From IMG/VR virus record IMGVR_UViG_3300037722_000865, positions 1 through 25,211 of that record: a stretch of 25,211 bases of DNA. One strand, given 5' to 3'. This document shows, piece after piece, positions 17,329 to 25,173 of the stretch (the first letter of the stretch is position 1; each line of letters begins with the position of its first letter). This DNA is from a virus (Duplodnaviria > Caudoviricetes). The translations under genes and the position numbers were made by a program. The notes below the pieces were generated by a model, which was not told the origin of the DNA, made no database searches, and worked only from the letters and a program-made list of their open reading frames with translations.

Positions 17329-17750
17329 ATGCCTGCACTCCATTTAACCAGCACGATAATGAGCCCGGAAAAAATACTGCCCGCGGCGCCTGCTAGCACG
17401 CCAAAGACAACCCACCAGGCTTTGCTGGCAGCACGGCCCGGTTCTTTCTCCATGGTTTCGACTCGACTCACCAGCTTATCAACCACAATAGCCAGCGACT
17501 TGGTGATGTGAATGGCATTGGGAGCCATCTCGAGGGCGCGCACCCGGTCAAACATTTCGGTGATCGCCTTCTCGTTGCGTCGACTGTCTTCGTGCAGGTG
17601 GCGGATATCCGAGAGCACCTCGGCAACCTGCTTGAGCAGCTCATTGTTGATCTTGAGCGCACCAGCCATCTCCCTGAGTGATTTCTGCTGATTCTCGGAT
17701 CGCTCGGAGAGTTGGGCTATTGGCGCGGCTTGCGTGCAAGGAACAGTCAT
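17325..17750 (-). CDS. Coiled-coil protein with C-terminal transmembrane helix, lysis-cassette associated
   Basis: 141 aa; hydrophobic WWVVFGVLAGAAGSIFSGLIIVLV; ATGA overlap with endolysin. Confidence 0.6.
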   Translation of the reverse strand: MTVPCTQAAPIAQLSERSENQQKSLREMAGALKINNELLKQVAEVLSDIRHLHEDSRRNEKAITEMFDRVRALEMAPNAIHITKSLAIVVDKLVSRVETMEKEPGRAASKAWWVVFGVLAGAAGSIFSGLIIVLVKWSAGI

Positions 17751-17753
17751 CGA

Positions 17754-18086
17754 TCAAGCCTTTGTCAAAAGTATTTTTGCGTAAATGGCATCGAACAAAA
17801 CATCCACCACGCGGTAAAGGATGCCGCTCTGATCGTCCAGAATATCGGTCCCGGTTTTATGCCCGCCGGCAACATGGCCTTCAACCGCGCTGCGGCGCAC
17901 CAGAATCTGTGGGCGCGTGGCAATCACCTGGCCGGTGGCCAGATCTTCACGCTGAGAGGCATCATCAAACTTCACCGGCAGGTTCGGGATCTGCAAAACA
18001 TCGCCATCCGGATCGATGGTCACCGTGCGGCCATCACCGATGATGGTGAGCATGTTGTCGATGTCGTTGTCGCTAAGTATGGCCAT
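17754..18086 (-). CDS. Head-tail joining protein (gpFII-like)
   Basis: 110 aa, beta-rich; second gene after the capsid. Confidence 0.55.
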   Translation of the reverse strand: MAILSDNDIDNMLTIIGDGRTVTIDPDGDVLQIPNLPVKFDDASQREDLATGQVIATRPQILVRRSAVEGHVAGGHKTGTDILDDQSGILYRVVDVLFDAIYAKILLTKA

Positions 18087-18147
18087 GGTTTTATCCCTTT
18101 AACTCCTGGCATCTAACCGCAACATTTTGCGGGCACATGCGAGGGGT

Positions 18148-18185
18148 TAAAGGCGCGGGGTTGTCGCGGACACCCCGCGCCTTTA
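18148..18185. terminator. Probable terminator at the end of the head module
   Basis: 14-bp stem TAAAGGCGCGGGGT / ACCCCGCGCCTTTA; only short U-tracts. Confidence 0.6.
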
Positions 18186-18191
18186 TATTGC

Positions 18192-18524
18192 TTAAGTGGC
18201 CGGGTTGCCGAGCTCTTCGGCACGCTGGCTGGCGGCTTCAACCACCGCTTCGCTCGGGTTTTCCGGGGCGAGTTGCTCCAGTTCTTCCACGGACTGGGCG
18301 GCTTTGATTTTGGCGATCAACACCCTGGCGGCATCCTGCTTGCCTGATTTTTTCCCGGCAGGATCTTCTTCGATGATCTCCTGCCGGGGCAGCTCGACTG
18401 CACCGAGTTCGATCAGGCGGCGGGCCTCTTCGGCTTCGATCTTGATAACGCAGCCGAGCGGAGGGTACTTGCCCTGGAACTTGACGCCCTGTTTAACGAT
18501 GACTTCTATCTTTTTCTTGGCCAT
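18192..18524 (-). CDS. Small post-capsid protein (gpFI position)
   Basis: 110 aa; AAGGAG site; EEARRLIELGAVE motif common in post-capsid genes. Confidence 0.65.
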   Translation of the reverse strand: MAKKKIEVIVKQGVKFQGKYPPLGCVIKIEAEEARRLIELGAVELPRQEIIEEDPAGKKSGKQDAARVLIAKIKAAQSVEELEQLAPENPSEAVVEAASQRAEELGNPAT

Positions 18525-18543
18525 GGGTTGCTCCTTAATGTGG

Positions 18544-18570
18544 CCGCCGGCCCGGCGAAAGGGCCGGCGG
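18544..18570 (-). other. GC-rich hairpin after the capsid gene
   Basis: CCGCCGGCCC / GGGCCGGCGG 10-bp stem; no U-tract, so possibly an mRNA stabiliser. Confidence 0.55.
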
Positions 18571-18578
18571 GGTATTTA

Positions 18579-19775
18579 TCAGCCCAGCACTTTGGCGCTG
18601 ACAAAAGCGTCGGGCTGCTGCAGGGCCATCAGTGGCGCCGACTGCACCATCAGCCAGCGGGCCGACGGATCTTGCGTCAGCCAGGATTTCGGGAAGCGGT
18701 TCACCGCAGCGGCGATGCCGCCCTCGATGGCTTCCATGTCCTGGATCACGGCGTGCAGTTTGGCATTGGCGGTGCGGGTCGAGCCCATCCAGACCTTATC
18801 AGCCGGGACCATGGCAGTTTCGGTGCCGGAGGTCTCGTCGATGTACCACTCGTCGTAACTGTAGACATCGACGAACAGCCCAGGGGCCTTGATGCGGCCG
18901 ACGTAGCTGACGCCGTCGGGCAGTTGCTGCGGCTTGATCTCGCCCATGTCGACGGCGCGCATGTCGAGCACGTCCTTGACTTTCGGGTGATGCATAAACG
19001 CGCTCAGCGCGTCGTTGCCCATCACCACGGCGTTGGGCGTGATGCCGCTGTCCTTGCGGCAGAGCTGCGCCCAGGTGGTGAGATCGAGCAATGGATCGCT
19101 GTTGGCGGTGTCCGACCACAGGTCGGTGTCGGTCAGGGTGACCTTGTGGGTAGCCGACATCTGGAAATCGACTGTGACGCTCTGATCGGCGCTTTCGCCC
19201 TTGATGGTCATGGTGACCGCACCAAGGTTGAGGGCCTGAGCGGCCTGCCACTCTTCACGGCGATCGATCATGTCCATCAGCTCGGCCAGATCCCGGCCAA
19301 GCTGCGCCTGGGCGCGCTGCTCAATCGACATGCCGCCGGCATAGAGCATCTCGCCGGCCTGACGCTTGAGCAGGTCGGACGCCGTGGTCGGCATCTTCGG
19401 CTTGACGTAGCCGGGTTTCAAGGTGTTGGTCGAGAAACCAAGGCGCTCGACAACCTTGCCTTCGGCCAGAGGGCTCACAAACGGGGCCAGGCGGCGCTTG
19501 CCTTTGACGATATCGACATCAACCGATTCGGTATCGAACTGCCGTCCGCCGGGGAAAAACATGTCACGCAGGAAACGCCCGGGGCGCTTCATTTCTTCGA
19601 TGGCCTCGAGCATGGTGCGGGTGTCAAAAATGTTGATCAGGCCCGCGCCGGCCAGCAGCGGCCAGGCAGACAAAGGGTCGAGGCTGGCGGCTGCGGCTTC
19701 GCTGCCGGGGAAACAGGTGACGGCCACGATCAGCAGCACGGCCCAGATGGAACAGAGGTTAAAAAAGTTTCTCAT
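18579..19775 (-). CDS. Major capsid protein, lambda gpE family, with hydrophobic N-terminal extension
   Basis: FLRDMFF, LAPFVSP, IDRREEWQAAQAL and QSAPL motifs; AAAGGAG before ATG 19775. Confidence 0.92.
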   Translation of the reverse strand: MRNFFNLCSIWAVLLIVAVTCFPGSEAAAASLDPLSAWPLLAGAGLINIFDTRTMLEAIEEMKRPGRFLRDMFFPGGRQFDTESVDVDIVKGKRRLAPFVSPLAEGKVVERLGFSTNTLKPGYVKPKMPTTASDLLKRQAGEMLYAGGMSIEQRAQAQLGRDLAELMDMIDRREEWQAAQALNLGAVTMTIKGESADQSVTVDFQMSATHKVTLTDTDLWSDTANSDPLLDLTTWAQLCRKDSGITPNAVVMGNDALSAFMHHPKVKDVLDMRAVDMGEIKPQQLPDGVSYVGRIKAPGLFVDVYSYDEWYIDETSGTETAMVPADKVWMGSTRTANAKLHAVIQDMEAIEGGIAAAVNRFPKSWLTQDPSARWLMVQSAPLMALQQPDAFVSAKVLG

Positions 19776-19810
19776 GACTGGATCTCCTTTAAAGGGGTCG
19801 GTGTGGCCGA

Positions 19811-20164
19811 TCAGGCGGACACGGGCTTTTTCAAATAGATGTTCAGATCGCGCAACGCGGCGCGGTGCGTGGCAATCACGTCGGTGCCGCCGAAAACCAC
19901 TTGATCCTCGTTGAAGGCTCCGGACAGGTAAACAACGGCCTGCACGTCGGCATCGGTGGCGTCGACGGCTTCGGCAAGGATGGCCACCGGAGTGCGGCGG
20001 CCGTCGTCGGTGCCGTCGGACTCGACAATCACGTGTTTGCCGCTGGCGGTGATCTTGCCGAGGCAGGTGCCGCGGGCGAGGACTTCGCCGGTAAGGATGG
20101 TGACGATGTCGGTAACGGCGGGGTAATCGCTGGCCAACAGGTTGTCAGGGGTAAAAGTTTCCAT
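19811..20164 (-). CDS. Head decoration protein (gpD-like)
   Basis: 117 aa; LARGTCLGKITASGK, PVAILAE, YLSGAFN; between protease and capsid. Confidence 0.88.
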   Translation of the reverse strand: METFTPDNLLASDYPAVTDIVTILTGEVLARGTCLGKITASGKHVIVESDGTDDGRRTPVAILAEAVDATDADVQAVVYLSGAFNEDQVVFGGTDVIATHRAALRDLNIYLKKPVSA

Positions 20165-20213
20165 GGTCGTGCTCCTTTTTTAATAAATTATGGTTACCCG
20201 GTCGCTCTGGTGG

Positions 20214-21509
20214 TCAGCGGGAGCTGCCCCCCGCGGCGATACCGGACACAACGGCTTTACGGTCGGCATCGGGTTGCGCGGCCGCTGCGGACATGCCGGT
20301 CGGCGCCGCGTTGGTGATGGCATCGAGCATAGCGGCGTTGGTTCCGCCTGCAGCATTTTGGCCAACCAGGGTGATGCCGAGCTGTTTGACTTGTTCGGTC
20401 GACAGGTTGGCGTCGACGATCGCGTTCATGCGCGTGCCGGTTTCTTCGCCGAGGCAGGTGCCGACCAGGCCCATCACCCGGCTACGCTCGGCGGTGACAG
20501 CTTCGGCTTTAGCGGTGTCTGCTTCGGCCTGGGCAATCATGCCCTGGCGGGCCTGTGTTTCAATCTGGGTGACGAGGTCCGGGTGTTGCGCTTTGAGTTC
20601 GTTGATATCCATGATTGTCTCCTTTTTGGTTGCCCCGGCTGGAGCCGATGCGGCAATAAGTTTGGTGCCCTTGCCTTTGCGGGCTCCGGCGATGGCGCGA
20701 TCGACAGCGGATACTTCGTCCGCGAGTTTGGCTTTAACGGCGTGCTTGCCCTCAAACAGGCCCGCTTCGGTATCGAGGACCGCCTGGGTCGATATGCCGC
20801 GGTTGCGGGCGACCGTCTCGACAAACAGCAAATAGTTTTCGTCCACCATGCCCTGGAGCAGGCTTGCGGCTTCGCTGCTCAGCGGTTGGTGCATGGAGAA
20901 ATCAGCCTTGCGCGCGCCGGCATAGATATGGGTTACGGCGATACCGGTTTCTTTTTCCCACTTGGAAATTTCGGTGTGAGTGGCGATTACACCGATACTG
21001 CCAACCCCGCCGGTGCGTGGCAGAACGATCTTTTCCGCAGCACTGGCTAGCAGATAGCCAGCCGAATAGGCTTGCTCGTTGACCACTGCGGTAATCGGCT
21101 TGACCGAGCGCATCTGATAAATGTGGTCGGCCAGGTCGAAAACGCCGTTGACCTCGCCACCCGGTGAATCAATATCGAGCACAATGCCCTGCACGCCATC
21201 ATCAGCCAGGGCCATGTCGAAGGCATTGCGGATATCGGCGTAGGTGGTTGGCCCGCCGCTGGGAAACTCCATAGCCAGCACCCGGTGCATCATCGGGCCG
21301 TGGATGCCGATAATGGCGACACCGTTTTTGACCTGGTAGCCCGACAAAGCGCGATCGCTCTCGCTCATGTCGATTGCCGCTGGTGCTGGAACACCAACCA
21401 GATCAAGCCCGGCGCGTTGGCCGAACAGGTGCAAAATGGTATTAAGCTTGCCTTCCGATATCATGAGCGGGCGGTTGAAGATCCGCTCGGCAATGCGCAT
21501 GTGCCTCAT
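20214..21509 (-). CDS. Prohead protease, S49 family, with C-terminal scaffold region (gpC/Nu3-like)
   Basis: LDIDSPGG, AYSAGY, VGSIGV; internal ATG at 20612 (MDINELKAQHP) preceded by AAGGAG suggests a nested scaffold protein. Confidence 0.92.
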   Translation of the reverse strand: MRHMRIAERIFNRPLMISEGKLNTILHLFGQRAGLDLVGVPAPAAIDMSESDRALSGYQVKNGVAIIGIHGPMMHRVLAMEFPSGGPTTYADIRNAFDMALADDGVQGIVLDIDSPGGEVNGVFDLADHIYQMRSVKPITAVVNEQAYSAGYLLASAAEKIVLPRTGGVGSIGVIATHTEISKWEKETGIAVTHIYAGARKADFSMHQPLSSEAASLLQGMVDENYLLFVETVARNRGISTQAVLDTEAGLFEGKHAVKAKLADEVSAVDRAIAGARKGKGTKLIAASAPAGATKKETIMDINELKAQHPDLVTQIETQARQGMIAQAEADTAKAEAVTAERSRVMGLVGTCLGEETGTRMNAIVDANLSTEQVKQLGITLVGQNAAGGTNAAMLDAITNAAPTGMSAAAAQPDADRKAVVSGIAAGGSSR

Positions 21510-23071
21510 GCTTCCTCCGTGATGGTTTGGGTCTTCTTGGCTGCTGCGGCTGTGGGCGGCTCGGGATTGAGGCCGAGCTTTTTAAAGGTGTCGCGCTCGC
21601 GCTTGCGCTGCTTGGCTTGTACTTCCCAATCCTTGTTGCGTTTGGCGGCAATGTCGGCGAGGGTGATGATGCCGGCATTCAGACCCATGACATCGGCGAC
21701 CATCTCTTTGACCGGGTCGATATTGGTGCGCTCCGGACCCACCCAGCTAGCCTGGCAATATTCGGCGCGAAACTCGTAAAAGCCGGGGGCATTCGCCGGC
21801 AGCTTGATGCGTCCGCGCAAAACAGCTTCTTCAAAAACCATCTCCCAGACGACCTGGCAGAAGTTGTTGACCAGCCAGTCCTGATAAAGCTCGAACACCC
21901 GCCAGGCTTCCTGCAGCGCGGCGCGGGCGCTGGAATAGTTGGTTTTGGAAAAATCCTTGGAGATAACTTCATAAGGCATGCCGGTGGCGGCGCCGGTGGC
22001 GCGCAGCACGGTTTCCACAAAAATCTGGAAACTGTTGTTCGGCCGATCGCTTTTCAGGATGTGCGGCTTCTCACCACTGTTGCCATACAGAATCTGGCCG
22101 GGCGGGGTTTCGCGGTGATGAGTGGTTGAGCCGTCGCGGTTGGTGGTCTGCTGTACGCCGCCGAGAGCGTGGGCGTCATAGGGATTGGTTTTTTCGATCC
22201 AGACCGGGAAGCTGGCGGCAACGATGGCGCCGAGCAATTCATAATCCATGTAGTCGGCAAAATTGCGGAAAAACGACATGGCCGGTGCCAGCACGGTGAT
22301 GCCGCGCACCTGCTCGGGCAGCTTCTGGTGGAAACGGTGCATCACCACCGGGCGGTGGCCAGCGCGTGGCGCCAGCTCGGCGAAGGACGGGCTGTGCATG
22401 CTGGTGAGCAGTTGGCCATCCTTCGGGTTGGCGATGAAATAGCCGGTCGGTTCGCCCAGATCACCCAGACGCACGCCGTCGCGGATATTAGGCGAATGCA
22501 GCAGGTCCGACGGGGTACGCAGGCGCAGCGGATCGATAACCTGCAGCGCCAGACGATAACGGCGGCCCTGATCCTCCGGGCGGTTGAGCATCAGCGGCAG
22601 GTTGAGGAACTCGCCGTTGACCAGCATCGACCAGATGTTCTGGAACTGAATGCCGTAAAAATCGGAGACGTTACGAGCGTCGGCTTCGCGGTTCCAGAGT
22701 TCGAATTCCCACTCGGCCTGCTCGGCAATTTCGGCGGCAGCGTCTTCACTGATACCGAGGCGCTTGTAGTTCGGTTTGCTTTGCGGCCACAAGCCGGGGC
22801 CGACCGCGTTGATGCTGATTGATTCAATCAGGCTGCAGGCGTGCGGATCGTTGGCAACCAGGTCGTTGGCGCGATCGGCGAGGGCTTCGCGCTGGCGGCC
22901 TTCTTCGCGGTAGGTGATGCGCCGCGGGGTCCAGTTGGACATGTTGCCGCTGGCCGTGCCGCCGCTGCGGGAGATGATTGGCGCCCGGCCGCCGCCGAGC
23001 AGAGCCTGGCGGGTGACGTTGGCCTGGCGTTTGGCGGCGCGCAGTGCCGCAAAGCGTGAGGGATCAGCCAC
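21506..23071 (-). CDS. Portal protein, lambda family
   Basis: RANDLVAND, QVRG, NYSSARAALQE, IDPVKE; probable start GTG 23071 with upstream GGAGG. Confidence 0.93.
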   Translation of the reverse strand: MADPSRFAALRAAKRQANVTRQALLGGGRAPIISRSGGTASGNMSNWTPRRITYREEGRQREALADRANDLVANDPHACSLIESISINAVGPGLWPQSKPNYKRLGISEDAAAEIAEQAEWEFELWNREADARNVSDFYGIQFQNIWSMLVNGEFLNLPLMLNRPEDQGRRYRLALQVIDPLRLRTPSDLLHSPNIRDGVRLGDLGEPTGYFIANPKDGQLLTSMHSPSFAELAPRAGHRPVVMHRFHQKLPEQVRGITVLAPAMSFFRNFADYMDYELLGAIVAASFPVWIEKTNPYDAHALGGVQQTTNRDGSTTHHRETPPGQILYGNSGEKPHILKSDRPNNSFQIFVETVLRATGAATGMPYEVISKDFSKTNYSSARAALQEAWRVFELYQDWLVNNFCQVVWEMVFEEAVLRGRIKLPANAPGFYEFRAEYCQASWVGPERTNIDPVKEMVADVMGLNAGIITLADIAAKRNKDWEVQAKQRKRERDTFKKLGLNPEPPTAAAAKKTQTITEEA

Positions 23072-23309
23072 GGTACACCCTCCCGACAATCGCTTGCGGG
23101 CCTGAGCCAACGGCGTTGTTTACTCGCTGTCGCTGTAGCCATTCGAGGTGTTTTTCGATGTCAGGCAGATCGACGCGGGTAACCTTGGTGCGCGAAATGC
23201 CGGTATCCATCTCGTAACTTTGCGCGGTGGCCAGTGCCCGCACCGCGGCTTTGTAGGCTGCGATTTCAGTGTCGAGTTCGGCGGAGGTATAAAGAGGGGT
23301 AATAGACAT
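23064..23309 (-). CDS. Head completion protein (gpW-like)
   Basis: 81 aa directly before the portal; QSYEM...KVTRVDL pattern. Confidence 0.75.
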   Translation of the reverse strand: MSITPLYTSAELDTEIAAYKAAVRALATAQSYEMDTGISRTKVTRVDLPDIEKHLEWLQRQRVNNAVGSGPQAIVGRVYRG

Positions 23310-23341
23310 GCCCCGACTATCGGGGCATTAAAGGAAAAAGT

Positions 23342-23386
23342 CATGCACACCATGCACATGGTGCACACCATGCACATGGTGCACAA
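23342..23386. repeat. Five tandem 9-bp repeats (core TGCACA) upstream of the head operon
   Basis: CATGCACAC CATGCACAT GGTGCACAC CATGCACAT GGTGCACAA. Confidence 0.85.
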
Positions 23387-23400
23387 CTTTTTTTATATTG

Positions 23401-23787
23401 TTAAATGCTTTCTGCTAATTCTTTTATCTTTTTTGCTAAAGACAAAAGCTTTTTTTTGTTTTCCTTTTTGTCTTCATCCATAAATTTAGATTCAAAGTCA
23501 TACTTTAATGACTCTAGAAAATCAAAAATAATCATAGGCCCACTATCATCATAGATAACAGTGGCGTGCTTTTTCTCTCCGTCTATTCCTCCAAAGGTTG
23601 GCAGACAGATGTTTATCTCTCCGTCAGAGTGAGTATTGATAAAAACATTTTCGACCATATTGACAACAACGGCCTCTACCTCATTGATAAGGATTTTATT
23701 TAAAATTGGTTGTATCTCCGGCGAATACGGCCAAGTAAGCCATTTATCTATATTTAACTTTTTAGGGTTTGCAAAATCATTTTTCAT
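23401..23787 (-). CDS. AT-rich hypothetical protein
   Basis: 128 aa; ATGA overlap with upstream gene; clearly more AT-rich than its neighbours. Confidence 0.65.
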   Translation of the reverse strand: MKNDFANPKKLNIDKWLTWPYSPEIQPILNKILINEVEAVVVNMVENVFINTHSDGEINICLPTFGGIDGEKKHATVIYDDSGPMIIFDFLESLKYDFESKFMDEDKKENKKKLLSLAKKIKELAESI

Positions 23788-24224
23788 AGTTCTTCCCCAA
23801 TCTTCGCGCCGGCTTTCTGCAGCATCTCTGCCATCCCCTCAGAGTGTTCGTCGCGGCCCTTCCAGAACCGGAAGACCACATCGAGCAGGGTGCAGCGGGA
23901 AGCGTGCGGCATGTCGCGGACTTTGGTGGAGAATGCCTCGGCATCAACGTCCCACTTTTCGTCCAGCCCGTCAAGCTTGCCGGATTCGGCGATATCGGCC
24001 CAGAGGTAATCGCCGGTGTTGTCCTCGATGAACGTGCCGTTGAGCATGTCGCACAAAAAGGACCATTCGCCAAGAGTCAGTTCCGGGGTGGCTTCGGTGG
24101 TGAGCCGGCCGTAGTGGCTGATGATTGAGTTGACCCGGCCGCTGAGGTTTTCGGCGGGGCCGATGACATCAAGGCTTTTTTCGGTGAGGTAGAGGGTGAG
24201 GCGTTTGGCTTTTGTTTTTGACAT
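23784..24224 (-). CDS. Hypothetical protein, paralog of 187..633; possible ribbon-helix-helix N-terminus
   Basis: AAGGAG site; KRLTLYL strand followed by helices; shared motifs with 187..633. Confidence 0.75.
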   Translation of the reverse strand: MSKTKAKRLTLYLTEKSLDVIGPAENLSGRVNSIISHYGRLTTEATPELTLGEWSFLCDMLNGTFIEDNTGDYLWADIAESGKLDGLDEKWDVDAEAFSTKVRDMPHASRCTLLDVVFRFWKGRDEHSEGMAEMLQKAGAKIGEEL

Positions 24225-24276
24225 GGGTTGCTCCTTTTTGGGCTCGTGTAAAATTGGTGGACGTAATCAATCCGGA

Positions 24277-24296
24277 GGGGCCGGTTGCCCGGCCCC
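24277..24296 (-). other. GNRA-tetraloop hairpin after first cassette gene
   Basis: Minus strand GGGGCCGG-GCAA-CCGGCCCC. Confidence 0.55.
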
Positions 24297-24305
24297 CGGG
24301 GTTGG

Positions 24306-25070
24306 TCAGACGGTGACGCTGGCGATGATCTCGACCGGCTTAATACGGGTGACACAGCGCTTGCCTGTTGAGCAAATACCGATATCGGCTCCGGATACCT
24401 CAACCCGCGCGATCACTAGATTGCGATGTTCGCGGGCAGCGCCGAAAATATCATTCTGGTGAGCCGAGGCGAGAACTTCATCGAGGGTCCGGTAGTAATA
24501 GAATCCTCCGGTGTGATCATCGGTGGCTTTCTCGGTGCGGGTTTTGCCGAGCGGCCAGGGCGAGCCGTCCCAGACGGAGACAGGATTGCCGGATTCGTCG
24601 AGGGTCAGGGCTTTGTAGCCCTGGCGGGTTTCCTGCCCCTTGACCTTGAGGCGGCTCTTGCCTTCGATCACCTCGATGGCGTAGCCAATTACCTGGCCGG
24701 CGGCTTTTGCGGCCTTGGCGGCGACGGCCTTGTTGGCTTCGGCAACCTTGACGCCTTTGCCGTGCCGGGCGATCAGGTAGTAAGTCTTCGACAGGGTCTT
24801 TACGCCGTAGCGAGATCCTTCAACTTCGCGGCAGCAGAGCAGGACTTTGCCGGCGTTCGGGGTGATATCGTAGATCTCGTGATGCAGGGCAGCGCCATCC
24901 CAGCGGCCCTTGCGGTCGCGCTTGAGGGTATCGTGACTGGGAGGAAGTTTCTTGCTGGCGAGCTTGACCAGGTTCCAGGCGGAGGCGAGTAGTGCGCGGT
25001 GTTCTTGGTTTGCGTTGTTTGGGAGGAGTTCCCCGTAGCTGGTGCGGGTCAGGGTGGTCTGTGCGGTCAT
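24306..25070 (-). CDS. Hypothetical protein, first gene of right accessory cassette
   Basis: 254 aa; AAAGGAG site; own upstream promoter. Confidence 0.75.
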   Translation of the reverse strand: MTAQTTLTRTSYGELLPNNANQEHRALLASAWNLVKLASKKLPPSHDTLKRDRKGRWDGAALHHEIYDITPNAGKVLLCCREVEGSRYGVKTLSKTYYLIARHGKGVKVAEANKAVAAKAAKAAGQVIGYAIEVIEGKSRLKVKGQETRQGYKALTLDESGNPVSVWDGSPWPLGKTRTEKATDDHTGGFYYYRTLDEVLASAHQNDIFGAAREHRNLVIARVEVSGADIGICSTGKRCVTRIKPVEIIASVTV

Positions 25071-25145
25071 GGTGAATCTCCTTTCGCTCTCTCCCGTGGG
25101 GGATGGCGGTATCAGGCGGGGCTTGATTGCCCCTTGTTGATTGTA

Positions 25146-25173
25146 ATAATATCATACCTGTGTATGATTGCAA
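25146..25173 (-). promoter_or_regulatory. Sigma70-like promoter with palindromic operator
   Basis: TTGCAA (25173-25168), 16-nt spacer, TATTAT (25151-25146); perfect inverted repeat ATCATAC-N4-GTATGAT at 25151-25168. Confidence 0.55.

Noticed and set aside
18528-19838. Long plus-strand ORFs (this 436-aa one, also 20190..21050, 16681..17511, 15148..15831 and others)
   Set aside because: Antisense shadows of GC-rich minus-strand genes with clear phage motifs; no recognisable domains
11313-23309. Gene transfer agent or tailocin rather than prophage
   Set aside because: tRNA-adjacent att features, a full lambda-like head module, accessory cassettes and a DGR favour a prophage; the GTA-type holin family is also common in phages
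23342-23386. CRISPR array or a coding MCTMCMV repeat (ORF 23120..23386)
   Set aside because: Units are 9 bp with no spacers and no cas genes; the peptide is a by-product of the DNA repeat
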